Below, piece by piece: positions 49,890 through 63,347 of a stretch of 64,000 nt of DNA. Every line of letters starts with the position of its first letter. The stretch's first letter is position 1. This stretch comes from Callorhinchus milii (taxonomy: Eukaryota): NCBI RefSeq assembly GCF_018977255.1, contig NW_024704743.1:110052001-110116000 (forward strand), in the 5' to 3' direction. The notes under the pieces were generated by a model. That model did not search any database, was not told where the DNA came from, and saw nothing but the letters and a program-made list of their open reading frames with translations. The position numbers and the translations under genes are program-made.

Positions 49890-50820
49890 GTGACATCTTT
49901 TGGCGATGTTATCCGCAGACATGGGATAAACTTCCACATGTATGCAGATGACGCACAAATCTATTTTACCTCCTCCAGCATCAACTCCAGGTCCGCCAAT
50001 GTTCTATCAGCTTGTCTGGCAGACATCAGGGCCTGGATGAGTACAAGCTTTCTGCATCTGAATGTGGACAAGATGGAAGCCATACTCTTTGGCTCCCGTC
50101 AACGTCTTCACTCCTGCGGATCTAAACTTCTCAACCTACCTGGGCTCTCCCCCAGACTCACTGAACCAGTGTGTAATCAAGGCATCCAGTTCAACCCCCA
50201 ACTGTCCTTCCTCTCCCACATCCTCCACCTCCGCCACATTGCCCGCCTCCAACCGTACTTTACGCCAAATGCAGCCAAAACCCTCAAGCATGCATTTCCA
50301 ACTCCCGCTTGGATCACTCAAACTCACTCCTCGCCAAGCTCCACTGTACTCCAGCTCATTCAGAACACTACCGCTGGCATACTGACCCGGATCAAACTCC
50401 ATACCACCATCTCACCAGTTCTGGCCAGGCTTCACTGGCTCCTTATCACCAAACGGATCGACTGCAAGATACTCACATTTGTGTTCAAATCCATTCACTC
50501 TCTGGCACCTCCCTACCTCTCCGACCTCCTCACTCCCCCATCCACCACCTAGCACCAGTCTTCTGCTTATCCTTCACACCCTCTGCCCCACAATCAGAGG
50601 TCATGCTTTTAGCCACTACTACCCGAAACTGTGGAACACTCTCTCTCAATCCCTCCACCTTACTCCCTCTCTCCTTTTTCAAGTCTCGCCTGAGAACCTT
50701 CCTTTTCAACCGTGCTTATGGTCACCTTCCCCACCCTGGCTCGGAGTCAGGCTCCGCCACTGTTAAGCGCTCTGAGACGCTACCCTGTGTGGAGTGCACA
50801 ATATCAGTGCAAGTTGTTGT
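49890..50820 (+). mobile_element. Older L2 fragment (RT C-terminus to tail)
   Basis: [21 protein letters not shown], frameshifted; ends caagttgttgt. Confidence 0.88.
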
Positions 50821-50893
50821 GTACGGACAGTTTCTATGGGCATCCCCCAGTCCCTCTACCCTAAATGACCTCCCCATTCTGCTTTTTTTTCAG

Positions 50894-50997
50894 AACATGG
50901 AGAAGATGGTGATGCCTTCGGTCACACTGATTGTCGGGTGTGGAGTCTCTTCGTTGACCCTCCTGCTGTTGATCATCATCTATGTCTCTGTTTGGAG
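50894..50997 (+). CDS. ADGRB1: ADGRB1 exon, TM1: [34 protein letters not shown](R)
   Basis: tttttcag| ... |gtaatg, 104 nt. Confidence 0.97.
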
Positions 50998-53900
50998 GTA
51001 ATGCCATTCTCAAAACACTTTTCCCTGACTTTAATGTGAAATGTTGTCAAAAGTTGTTATTTGAAGGCTTGTCTCGGGTGAAATATGTGAAAACGTCAAT
51101 CACTGCTTGAGTTGCTTATGGCTTCATTTTCTTGCATTAGATTTTCAGTCAGAATTGGGAGACTCACTTTCCGGTTCTGTTTTCTTTTGTTCAACCAGGT
51201 ATCTGACACCTCGCTCCTTCCCCTTCATATCCCCATCACTGTGCTTAGAGTCTCCAAACCAAATACTGTCAGTTCAACGTATGTTTGGCTTCCGTTTGTC
51301 TGACGTGAAATGTAGACTCTCTCTCCCCAGGGAGGTATCCAGTTTGCTTATTTAATCTTGGAAGGTCTTAGGTGCAGGTTGGCAAGAACCAAGACTAGGG
51401 GGAACTCAAGATTGTAGTTTGGGATATTGCTTCAGTCTAACCAGCTAACACCACATAGCTTGGCATTTAGCGCATTTTTTAATGTGGGAAGCCTACCACT
51501 GCTTCTCCAGCTCAGACCACCCTACTACCCATTAGAGCTTTGGCTTGCAGGGATAACTGGAGCTGAGTGGGAAAAATTCCAGCAACTGTAAAATGGATTT
51601 ATTTATGGAATAGAATACTAAGCACCTTGGGGTGGGGTGGGGGTGGAAGTAAGTGGGATCTCCTTGGAGAACAGCTGACTCCAAGGCGATAGAATGTTGG
51701 AATTGAGTCTACGCTCTATGGCAGTCTTGGTAGTTCAGTTCCTGAGCCAGGTGGTCACAGTATTCCAGGGCACTACTGATGACATCAGGAAATGGAGGAG
51801 CAGATGAGTCATTGGGAGCATGGATTCTTACCACTCAGCTCCTGTTAATCCTGCAAGTCAAAACTCGAAGGGTTGGGTGGTTTTAGCTGTACAAGCCACA
51901 GGAAGCTTGCCAGACAGTGCTTTCAATGGCAAGTCATGTGGTGTTAGCGGATGAAACTTCAGCACACTCTGGAGTCACCAAATCATGGCTCTGACCAACC
52001 TGTACCTTACACTCAGTGGAATTAGGTAAACAGGGTGTGTCCCTCGAGAGAGAGAGAGTGTGCACTTCATTCCAGACTCAGAGAAATGTCTATGTGTAGG
52101 TGGCATACATATGTGGAACTCTCAGTCTAGTTTGGGTGAATGGTTTCCCAAGTATCAGCGCCCCCAAAAATGATCCAGTCAAACCTTACTGCAACAAGCA
52201 CTTACTAAAAACAAGTTGTTGTGAAGACGATAGCAGAACTTCATTTTTTTGTTTCCTTTTCTCCCCCTCATTTGTTGGGGCTTGCACTGAGTTTAGTCCG
52301 TCCAGGTAGAATCTGTGCTGGTGTTGCTTTTTTTCAATCAATGCAATGCCATTATATGTAATTATATTAATAACCTGAGCTCTCTGATCCCAGACAGGAT
52401 AATGGTGAAGGGGAGAAGGGGAGGCACCAGCTTGGGTCTTAATAAAGCACAGCTCTGCAGTAGAAGCTGGATATTTGTGGATATCGGGTGGCAACAGGAT
52501 GGTTTTGATGGTTCTCACTGAGTCTCTCGCAATAATGGCTAAAGTTACCCATCTCTTCACAGACCGCAGTACACAGGCTCAGCACTGTGACTGTATTTTT
52601 TAGGCAAACATGGCAGCCAATGTACACACAGCAATGTCTCACAAACAGCCATGAAGTGAATGGCCAATTTCAGCAGGGTGATTGCTGGCCAGGACACCGG
52701 GATCAACTCCCTTTTTTATTTTCAAATTGTGCCAAGGGATCTTTGCATCTGTTGAACAGTCTTATTGCCTTTAACAGTGGTTTGATTCCCGGACATGGTG
52801 AAACATCGGGCAAGTTTCCTTGCTCCACACACATCTGTTTACCTAGCAGTAAACAGGAGCTCGGATGTTAATCATTTGGTGGATCACTTTTCCAGGGGTA
52901 ATAACCCCTTCAAAAATAATAATTTGGTCACTCAATCCACGACGGTTTGTGGGACACTGCTGTGCGCAATTGGCTGCCGGGTTTTGTCCACAAAATATAC
53001 AGTCAATTCAATTTAAAGCTATATCAAATGCAAGGTTTATCATTATTATTACTGTATTGAAGTGCCAGCCTGGACTGTGATATCAAAAGGTGGAGCTTGA
53101 ACCTACAAACCTCTGATCTGGAGGCAAGAGTCACTACTGACTGAGCAGATTGGCACCAATCGATACTTTACACTCAAACAGTTACACTGCTGTTGCTGCC
53201 ACGGATGGGCTTGGTTACTCTTAATCTTTCTTATGACCTTATATCTCGTCTTAATTATCACCGATCTGGAAGCTGCAGGAAAAGCGCCGCCCACTTGCTG
53301 TTTGCTGGTTTGTAATTCAGGCTCCGCTGTGTAGAAATCTGTTTCATTTGGCTCACATTCCATGCCACAGCGTCATTTTAGTGAGGTGCTGAATGGGGCT
53401 CTGATCCGCCGATCGGTTGTGTGACTGATGCTTGAAAAGGGTGATAATAATAATAGTAATTTCACATTTACACAGCTAGCCCTTTGTGTAAAAATAAACA
53501 TCTCAAACCGTGTCATAGTGTGTCAGCTTGGCTCTGTTCGTACCACTCTGGCCTGTGAGTCAGAAAGTTGTGGGTTCAGCCCCGTGCCAGGAGTTCAAAA
53601 CTCGTTGTGTCTAAGCTGATGATCCAATGTGGGGTGTGCTGCATTATTGAAGGGTGCCATCCTATGGATGAGATGTTAAACTGAGGTCCCATCTGCCTTT
53701 ACATATGAACATTAATCCCATGGCACTATTTAAAAAGAGAAAGGAGTTTCTCCCGGTGTCCTGGCCAACAATCCTCTAAATAATATTAGTTTCTCACTTC
53801 ATGGCTATCTGTGAGATATTGCTGTGTGCAAATGGCTGCTGCATTTGCTTACAAATACACAGTTACTGCACTTCACGGTAAATTCTGTGAAGTGCTTTGA

Positions 53901-54718
53901 AATGTTCTGATGATGTGATAAGTATCAGGGATAATTATTACCATTATTATTGTGTGCTTGGCCAGTCTAAATGGACCTCTCTACATTCCTAAGTAAACAC
54001 ATCCTCTGGTTACCTCACAGATTATGACTGTATAACATAGATGTACATAACACCCGTGGCAATAATTCCTAGCTGATTTAATTCCCCACCACCACCATTT
54101 GCGACAATAACTTTTGTCGTTGGATGAATGAAGAGACTATTCATTACTAATCTTCAGCCCCTCTCTCCATCTTTAAAACCTGACTTAACACCTTTTTGAC
54201 TGCACTTTTCATTACCTCCCCCCCCTTCCCCCGCACCACCTTCCTAAGATTCCCGCCCCCCAATATCCCAGCCTCCCAGTCAGTTCCGTAAATGCTTTGA
54301 GATGTCATCTCGATGTGAAAGGCGTATGTAAATGTAAAATACAAAATTGTTGTAATCTTCCTCCGCGAAGACACTCTACTTTTAGAGAGGTCCTAGCTGG
54401 ACAAGCAGTGGGAAGTTGGTCAGACATTGCTCTCAATGGTTCTAGCTGGTTAAACTGCAGTAGTTGCCCTACATACATTCTGAGGTCCCCAAACACTGGT
54501 TCTTGCCAACCTGCATTTATACTCTCCGGAATTAGGTCGCAGGTTGCATCCCTTTGGGGAGCAAGTGCACATTCCATTCCAGACACACAAAAATGTTCAT
54601 GTGTAGGTGACATGCATTCATGGAATTCTCAGCCTGGTTTGGATACTCTTAAGAGTAGTGATTCGTTCCACATTTGCCAGACACCTGGCTAACCAAATAA
54701 AAATTGTAGTCATTATTA

Positions 54719-55315
54719 ATGGGCCCATAGATTGGTTCCAAAGGTGAAGGGTCCAGTATTCTAACACAGGGTAAAGTGAATGCACAATTTCTCCCTTCCA
54801 GCCCCCAGTGGTGTTTTTTTTCCACATGAGTCACCCAGTCTAATCCCACCCTCCTGATCATTTCCTACAACCTTTAATATTGCTCCTCTTCTGTCAACAG
54901 TAGTGAGCTGGTTATCCACACTAATCGGTACTTGGCCCCATTATGGATATGGAAACACCATGGACACTGGGTTATCACGCAACATAAAAATTGACTACTC
55001 TCTGACTTTTCCTCTATCTGACTCTCCTTAACTTTCTATCTCAAACTCATTTTCACTATCTATCTGACACTATCTAACTCTTGTTGGTTACCAAAATGTG
55101 CATTGATTTTTAAAACCTAGCCAGTGTTTTCTAAAGTATGAAGGTCAATAACTCACAGGATTACACTCCTTGGAGATTTCTTTGTCTTCTAATTTAACGA
55201 TTTCACTCTGAAGATCAGATGCAATGAGCACTTCTTCTTTAGTTACAAAATCAATCACTTTACCCTGTGTTAGAATACCAGACCCTTCACCTTTGGAACC
55301 AATCTATGGGCCCAT
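54719..55315. repeat. 61-bp inverted repeat pair (54719-54779 / 55255-55315)
   Basis: 59 of 61 positions complementary by manual alignment. Confidence 0.92.
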
Positions 55316-56248
55316 CAACCATGGAGCGATTTCATTCATTTTAACAGAAGGCAAATTTAAAGTAGAAAAGATTACCTTTTGTACTTCAGCAAGTGGGAGA
55401 ATTCCCACCGGCATCTTGCAGATTTAAGTCTTAGAAGCAAGGAGGTAACTTTCAGCCAAGCATGATTTATGGTTTTCATGAGGAGACAGCTCGGAGCAGA
55501 GAAGCTATTTCTTGGCAGAGTTTCCAGTGTCCAAATCAATACGTCTCATGCCGCTACACTCCAATTAATGGGTTGATAGGACATTAGAAGCACCGGTGGT
55601 CAGCAATTGCACTGTGTCTTTTAAATATGTCCTAGTCGAGCTGACTATGTGTGTCAGCTTGGCTCAGTTGATTACACTCTCACCTCCGAGTCGGAAGGTT
55701 GTAGGTTCAAGCCCCATATTGAGACTTTGAGCTCACAGTCAAGGCTGTTATTTCAGTGCTGGGGTATGCTTCCCGCTATATTGTTGGACATGCCATCCTT
55801 TGGATGACATGTTAAACTGAGACCAGATCTGCCTGCTCAGGTGAACATTAAACATCCTTTAACACTATTGGGAATAAAGAAGCGAGTTTTTTTGCAGTGT
55901 CCTGGTCAGCAACCCCTCAGATAGAATTGATACTTGACCTTCTGCCTATTTGTGGGAAATTCCTATGCACAAATTATCCTCCTTTTTGTCTACAATACAC
56001 AGTCATTATACTTCAAAGTAAAATCTTGTGAAATGCTTTGAGATCCTATAGGTGCTGCGTCAAATGTACCCAGTGTTGCACATGTCTGACAGTGACAGGA
56101 CAATTCCTAATGGAAATTTTTTTAGTCCACACTTTGGCTAATTTGTATTTTGTGTGATATCTAACTATCCACACTGTCTGCTTACCCACAATCCTAAATT
56201 AGTGGGGAGTATCTACCATAACATGATTTGTTGTGTTTTGTTTTGCAG

Positions 56249-56351
56249 GTACATTCGATCGGAGCGATCAGTCATTTTAATAAACTTCTGTCTGTCCATC
56301 ATTTCATCAAACGCTCTCATCCTGATAGGACAAACTCAGACAAGGAACAAG
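56249..56351 (+). CDS. ADGRB1: ADGRB1 exon, ICL1/TM2: [34 protein letters not shown]
   Basis: tttgcag| ... |gtaagt, 103 nt; essentially identical to BAI1 as recalled. Confidence 0.97.
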
Positions 56352-57601
56352 GTAAGTAATGTATTTTTAAGTGAGCTCATATTATTGTGTGTGAACGGGT
56401 CTGGCCATTCAGATCTTGGTAGAACTCTCGCCTCGGAGTCGGAAGATTCTGGGTTTATAGACTAGGCTGACACTCCATTGCAATGCATCGGGGGAGTGCT
56501 GCATTGTCAGGTGCCATCTTTCAAACAAGACGTTAAACCAAGGCCCCATCTGTCTGTTCAGGTGGACTTTAAAAGATCCCGTAGCAGATTCAAAAAGAGA
56601 AAGGAGTTTATCCTGGTGACCTGGCCAACAATCTTCCAGGTGAAATTGGTTATTCACTTCATGGCTGTTTGTGGGACATTGCTGTGCACAAACTAGCTGC
56701 TGCATTTGCCTACGATATACAGTCACCAGATTTTACAGTACACCCTGTGAAGCTAATTGAGAAGACCTCCTGACTTTAAAGGTGCAATATCACTATAAAG
56801 ATTATTATTATTATTATCATCACATGCTGCATGTTAACCCTCTTCCCCCATCCCCCATAAGGTAGAGCCACTGCACCAGCAATGCTGATGTGGCAAAGTG
56901 GTTGTGATATTTTTCCTGGCGATCTTAAACCGCAATCATCTGGATCATATGTTTGAGCAACAGGAAAGATCAGAGAATCACATCAGCGATGGCTTTAAAT
57001 TGGATCAAATGAAGAAGGTCATTTTACTTCCCGTGGAGATTGAGCGGTTCAGTGGTGAAAAAAATAATAATCCTTTGGTATAGCGCCTCATCATGTCGTC
57101 GAGACATCTCAAAGCTTCACATGAATTACAGTAAAGTGTTGTGGATTTGTAGGCAAACCGCTTCTGATTTTCCTTTCTTGGGGGGGGTGGGGAGCGGAGA
57201 AAAAATTATGGGGACAGAAAATTCATGCTCAGTTGACAAACTACCTCTGGGATCCCATCCTTCCCAGGATAGGTGAAAACAATTGGAAAGTGAGATTCAT
57301 TGTATAAAAGAGGTTGATTTAGAGGGGAAAAAAAGGGAGCAGTAGCATAGACATGATGGGTGAGTGGCCTCTTAGACTGAAAGTTTAGTTTCTCTCTGTG
57401 AGCCAGAATGACCAAGAGGAAATCTTCCCACCCTCTCTTTCTCTTTCCTCTCTTTCTTTCTCCATTTCTGTTTTCTTCACCCCCATCTCTCGTTCTCTCC
57501 CTTCCCTCTCTCTCTCTCTCTCTCTCCCCCCACCCCCGTCGTCTGCCTGTTTGTCTTGTCTGTCTGGAGTTTGCTAAGTGTTTGCTCTTGGTTTTGGACA
57601 G

Positions 57602-57752
57602 GTTATCTGTACACTAGTGGCAGCATTCCTCCATTTCTTCTTCCTCTCATCCTTCTGCTGGGTGTTGACCGAGGCCTGGCAATCGTACATGGCAGTGACT
57701 GGAAGGCTGAGGAACCGAATCATTCGGAAGCGGTTCCTGTGTCTTGGATGGG
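57602..57752 (+). CDS. ADGRB1: ADGRB1 exon, TM3/ICL2/TM4 start: [50 protein letters not shown]
   Basis: ggacag| ... |gtttgt, 151 nt. Confidence 0.97.
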
Positions 57753-59815
57753 GTTTGTTCATTCTCCTGTTCTGCATCTTTCATAATCGGCTTTTGGTTC
57801 ACATGTTAAACCCAGGACTTGCCCGCCTGTTTTCAGGTGGCAAATATTCCATCATCCGAACTACACAACTATTTGGAATAGAGAAGGGAGTTTCCCATGG
57901 TGTCCTGGCCAACAATCCCGCAGATGACTTGACCATTCACTTCATGGATGCTCCTGGGATCTTGCTAGTGCAGCAGATAGCTGACACGTTTGCCTGCAAA
58001 TTCACAGTCACTACACTTGACAGCAGTTACTTGTGAAGGACTTTGAGACATTTAGGCACAAGTGTGAATTCCTTGGTTTTGTATCTAGCGGCATTTTTAT
58101 TTGCTTCAGCCAGATACACATAATTGTGCTTAAGAGTTCCAAATAAGTATGCCAACTACACAAGGAAATTTCCCTGTGTCTGGAATGGGAATGTGCGCTA
58201 TCTCCCTGGAGGGACACACCCTGCTTTACCTAATTCCAGAGAGGATTACAACAATAACAACAATTTGCTTTTGTATAATGCACTTCATGCGCGGGAACCC
58301 GTGCCTTGCATTTACCTTCCATTCACCATTGATGAGGTGCCAAGAGCGCTTCCTCCCTCTTTTCCCGAAGAGCCTCTCACTGGCACCACTGTTGCCCAGT
58401 CTGCCTTATGCCACCCACCGCCCCCGCACCCCCATTGGTCACCATAATGCACAACCCTAACTTGGAGAGCGAGTTGCATCTCTGCAATGCATTGAGATAA
58501 TTGGGATTCACATATCTTGAATCCTTTTTTTCTTGCAAACACTCAGTCTTGTTACAATTCAGGATGACATGACTGTTAAACATTAATGTGGATCTCACGT
58601 CTCAAATTGAGTTTAAAAAGTCTTCAGTACTCCCAAAAGGAGAAATATTAGCACCAAGTTCTGAATTAATTATGTTCTTTCCTGATGTGACTTTCTTAAG
58701 AGGCTCGGTTCAGTTTTGAGATTTTTCATATATAGCTGATTTTGTGCACTTGAACTATATGATTGCTTTTGTCAGTAGAGCCCTGCGGGTGGCCACTGGG
58801 TATCAGCAATGCAAGTGCACTGTTCCCAGCCAAGGGAACAGGACGAAAGGCACTCACAGAGTCCTAGATCTCACAGTGCAGGAAGAAATCATTCAACCCA
58901 TCCACTCTTGCAGCTCCAGAGGCCAGGCAAAGGGTCTCCAGCACTTACTGTTTAATGTGGAATTTTACCAGGTCTGAATGACATTAGCACACTGAGTATG
59001 GTACGGCTATCTTGAACTAAATAGTTGCTCAGTTCTATTAGCTGTTGTCTGATTGCATGCCACTGACAGTCCAGAAGCTGTTCTGTAAATCTTCAGCTTT
59101 AACAGCGCTCCCATTGCATCGTTAGGGAGCTGTGCATGCTCACTCCAACGGTGGAGCAAAGAAGCTTTAAGCAGCTATTTATATAAAGAGGGCTCGGGAG
59201 GCAGCCGACCTTTGGCTCTCATTTAGAGAATTAATAGAACAGCAGGGCATGAAAACAGGCTGTTCGGCCAACTGGTCCACACTGGTATTTAGACTCCACT
59301 CGAGCCTCCACCCTTCCTATTCCCCTCTCCTATACCCTTCTCCCCTCATGTATGAGTCAAGTTTTATCTTAAATACATTGATGCTGTTTACTTTAACCAC
59401 AGCTTCCAGCAGTAAGTTCTCCCCAGGTGTATTTTTCAACCTTTACAAGTGCTGATATATGTCAGCCTGGCTTAGATGGGGTTTGTGCTGCATTGCAAGA
59501 GGTGCCTTCCTTTAGATGATACGTTAAACCAAGATCATGTCTGCCTGTTCAGGTGGACATTAAAGATCCCATGGCAATATTCTGAAAGAGAAGGGAGTTT
59601 TATTCTCCCAGTGTCCTGGCCAACAATCCCTCAATAAATATGTCATTCATTTAGTGTTTGTGGGGCAGTACTGTGTGCAAACTGACCGTTGTGTATACAT
59701 GCAAAACACACAGTTTACTGATAAAAGGCACTGTGAAGTATTTTGAGACATCCTCCTCATGTGAGAGGATTCTTATTATTGCAATAAAATGTATATTTTT
59801 AAAATTCTCTTTCAG

Positions 59816-59885
59816 GACTCCCAGCACTGGTCGTGGCGACATCCATTGGATTCACCAAATCGAAGGGTTATGGAACAGTGAACTA
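59816..59885 (+). CDS. ADGRB1: ADGRB1 exon, TM4/ECL2: GLPALVVATSIGFTKSKGYGTVN(Y)
   Basis: tttcag| ... |gtaggt, 70 nt. Confidence 0.95.
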
Positions 59886-60087
59886 GTAGGTAGACCATAT
59901 ACTCTCCAGGGTTTGATCAATAGATCCTGAGCTAAAACTGGCTCTGAGACCAGCTTGGTGGGCAATGAACAAGAGACCTAATATTACTGAAGACACTGTT
60001 GGCTTACCCAGAGGATAACGTAGATTGTTATTTAGTATTTAAAAATCTGGTGCTTTTGATTTCAGTATTGATGCTGCTTAGGACTAT

Positions 60088-60456
60088 GGAGTCCTGTAGC
60101 TCAATGGTTAGAGCACTCGCCTCACAAACGAGAGGACCTGGGTTCGATTCTCAGGCTGGGTGAATCGTTGGACAAGTTTCCTTACTCCACACGCCTCTGT
60201 TTACCTAGCAGTAAGTAGGATCCCGGTTGTTAGTCAATTGGCGGATCGCTTTTCTAGGGGTAATACCTGCAAACAAACAAGCAAAAATAATACTTTGGTC
60301 ACCCAATCCACAACTGTTTGTGGGGCACTGCTGTCCGCAGTTGGCTGCACGTTTTGTCCACAAAATATAAAGTCAATTCACTTTACAGTAAAGCATTTTG
60401 AGACATCTGTAAGGTGTGATAAGGTGCTATATCAAATGCAAGGATTATTATTATTT
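60088..60456 (+). mobile_element. Second tRNA-derived SINE family with a different core and the same tail; copies at ~18380-18720(-), 9085-9380(-), 52780-53050(+)
   Basis: A box tagctcaatgg, B box ggttcgattc; core caagtttccttactccacacgcctctgtttacctagcagt; (att)n tail. Confidence 0.82.
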
Positions 60457-61056
60457 ATACAAGACTTGGATGGGCAAGCTGGTCACTGGGACCAGGAAGT
60501 TTTTCTGCTCAGCTCCTGTTAATCCTGTAAGCCAGAGCCCTAATGGGTAGAGTGGTTGTATCTGAACAAACAGTAGGAAGTTTGCCATATGATGCTTTCA
60601 ATGGCAAGTTATGCACTTTTAGCTGGTTAGACTCCAGCAGTACCCCAACGGACACTGCGCTTAAGAGTGGCAGAGCCTGACACTGAGGGGAGTAGGGGTG
60701 ACCGTAAGCATGGTCGAAGAGGAAAGTCAAGATCTAAAGGAGAGGCAAGGTGGAGGAATTAAGGGAAAAAGTTTTTATGCTTTATATAGAGAGTGAAGGA
60801 TGAATGGGAGTGATTACGAGGCAGTAATCTAATCGAGGAGTTCAGATGAATTCATAACATGTCTTCAGCAGTACCTTACATTCTAGGATCCGAAAGCCTT
60901 GGCTCTTGCCAATCTGTGCTTATCCACTGGAATTAAGGGAGTAGGATGTGTCCCTCCAGGGAGAAAGTGTGCATTGTGCAATAAGACACAAAGAAATTTC
61001 CACGTATAGGTAAAATACATATGTGGAATTCTGTGCCTGGGTTGGATGCTTTTAAA

Positions 61057-61608
61057 CAGGCTTCGGGACCACATCACTCCCACCCTCGCTCGCCTCCACT
61101 GGCTCCCCATCCCCCAGAGGATTGATTTCAAGATCCTCATCCTCACCTACAAGGCCATTCACGGCCTTGCTCCCTCCTACCTCTCCAACCTACTATCCCC
61201 TACCTACCTGTCCGTACCCTCCGTTCCTCTGGCTCCGGTCTGCTCCACGTCCCCCGCCCCAACCGCCCTACCATCGGTGGTCGGGCCTTCAGCCTCTCAG
61301 CCCCGAGGCTCTGGAACTCCATCCCCCAGTGCCTTCGCCTTGCTTCCTCCCTTTCCTCCTTCAAGGCCGGTCTCAAGACCTTTCTCTTTGACCGTGCCTT
61401 CAGCTCCCCTCTCGACTCTCTTCCCCCTCCTCGCTCCCTCCCTTCCTTCCCCTCACCCTGACCATTTCCCCCCTCCTCGCTCCCTCCCTTCCCTCACCCT
61501 GACCATTTCCCCCCTGCTCGGGTCATGACCCAACTGTGCAGCGCCTTGGGACGTCCTCCTGACGTGAAAGGCGCTTTATAAATGGAATCTTGTTGTTGTT
61601 GTTGTTGT
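61057..61608 (+). mobile_element. Short 3' fragment of the same young L2 family
   Basis: Near-identical to 31139-31700, with the same tail. Confidence 0.93.
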
Positions 61609-62569
61609 GTTGATGAGTTTCCGCATGTCAGATGCCCAGCTGACCAAAAAAAACATTTGCCCAGTCGCTTCCTTCATGTCCCGACATTGCATCGTACAAG
61701 CGACCTAGATTTGTCTCCGACACACTGATAATATCCCAGCTAATGAAGGGGGAAGGGCTCAATGTGTAATTTAACATGATCCAAATCAGGGGTGTGTGTT
61801 AGTAGTTTCTTTATTTGTCAATCCAAACTCTCAATACTCCACTCTAAAACCACTCCCTATGTCCTTTGTACTTCTTGCCCTTCTTATTGGCCTGTTTGTT
61901 CATTGTCAATTTACTCTTAATGGAGTATCCAACACAATGTAGCCTCTTATGTCAGATCCCCTCACCTTCTCCCACAAACATATCTGCTCATAATTTTGGT
62001 GAGAGCTGGAGGCTGTAGTGACTTGGACAGATGTTGCACAAACTTGGCAGTAGCTGAGAGGGGTTGAAAGAGGGAATTTCTGCTGGGTGTCAGCTGGCCA
62101 TCAGAGATCCTCCCAGTGCTGTGAAAGGCCCCAATCATTGAGTAATGGCTTGTACTATCAATGAACTTGGGACACAGATTTCCAGGTGACATTGCAGTGT
62201 TGGAGGGGGACTGTCTGAGGCAACGGAAACAAATTCAAGCAGAACTCCTCAATGAGTCTGGCTACTATCATTCTATTGCATGAGCACGCTGTACAGATTT
62301 GGCCTGATATTAACCTTTCATCTCTGCCTTTAAACATTAATGGCAATTGGGGGGTGGGAAAGAAATAATAATAATCCTTGGATTTGACATTGTGAGTCAA
62401 AGCACTTCACAGAATATACTGTAAAGTGAATTGAGTGTATATTTTATGGGTGAAACGAGGCAGCCAATTGCGCACAGCAAATGAATTAAGAACAATAAGT
62501 GTGAATTTTTTCCATCAGAAATCAGAAAAATTAAAAAAAGACCAAAACTATGTATCAACATCTGCTAGA

Positions 62570-62905
62570 GCTGTTATGAAAACTTTCGACAAGCTGGATG
62601 TTAATAGCCTGTTTCCACTTGTTGGTGAGTCCAATGCAAAGCAGGGGACATAATTATAAGATAACAAATAGCAGATCTAATAGGGAACTTAGGAGGAACT
62701 TTTTCATGCAGAGGGCGGTCGAAAGGTTGACATCAATGCCAGAAGCTGTGATTGAAGCAGAAAGCATCACTGTATTCAATTTAATTTGATGCATACATGA
62801 GGAGAATGGAATAGAAGGGGTGCAGTAGAGGGCTATGGAGCGATGGTGTGGCTTGTTAGAGTAGTTGGGTCGAATGGCCCGCTTCCATCGTTTATCGCTC
62901 TAGGA
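62570..62905 (+). mobile_element. CR1-clade LINE 3' fragment; others at ~490-725(+), 39210-39460(-), 41910-42062(-), 43210-43570
   Basis: SRGHNYKI...ELRRNFFMQRAV-type CR1 ORF2 end followed by gggtcgaatggcc 3' tail. Confidence 0.78.
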
Positions 62906-63020
62906 ACTCTATGTACTATAAATGCAAGTTGTTGTATATAAATGCATGTCGTGATTGTTATAACTTGCAAGTCCTTGCACTGATGTTGTTGCCCTGTTTT
63001 TTTTTTTTTTTTTTTTGCAG

Positions 63021-63087
63021 TTGTTGGCTTTCGCTGGAGGGCGGGCTGCTCTACGCCTTTGTGGGACCCGCAGCTGTTGTTGTTTTG
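63021..63087 (+). CDS. ADGRB1: ADGRB1 exon, ECL2/TM5: [22 protein letters not shown]
   Basis: T-run plus gcag| ... |gtatca, 67 nt. Confidence 0.96.
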
Positions 63088-63261
63088 GTATCATCTTTAC
63101 CTTAGCATTTCACTTCGCGGTGACACCAATTTTTTTTATGTTTTAAAGCTGCGTGAATTTTCTCTTTTCGTTTACCCCTTTTATCCCTTCCCTCCTCCCC
63201 TCCCCCCACAACCTCCCCCTGAAAGGAGATATTTTATATTTATGCATTTTTATTTCAACAG

Positions 63262-63347
63262 GTCAACATGGTCATTGGAATTCTGGTATTTAACAAACTT
63301 GTATCCAAAGATGGAATAACAGATAAGAAACTGAAGGAACGGGCTGG
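63262..63347 (+). CDS. ADGRB1: ADGRB1 exon, TM5/ICL3: [28 protein letters not shown](G)
   Basis: caacag| ... |gtatga, 86 nt. Confidence 0.96.

Noticed and set aside
50309..51001. 230-aa ORF running from L2 sequence into the TM1 exon
   Set aside because: Non-ATG start and a chance open frame in a decayed LINE; the exon has a strong acceptor of its own
60088..60160. tRNA gene
   Set aside because: It has A/B boxes but continues directly into a SINE body and tail, so it is a SINE head
2500..63347. Assignment to ADGRB2 or ADGRB3
   Set aside because: Diagnostic strings ([57 protein letters not shown]) match BAI1 as recalled; a phylogeny would confirm
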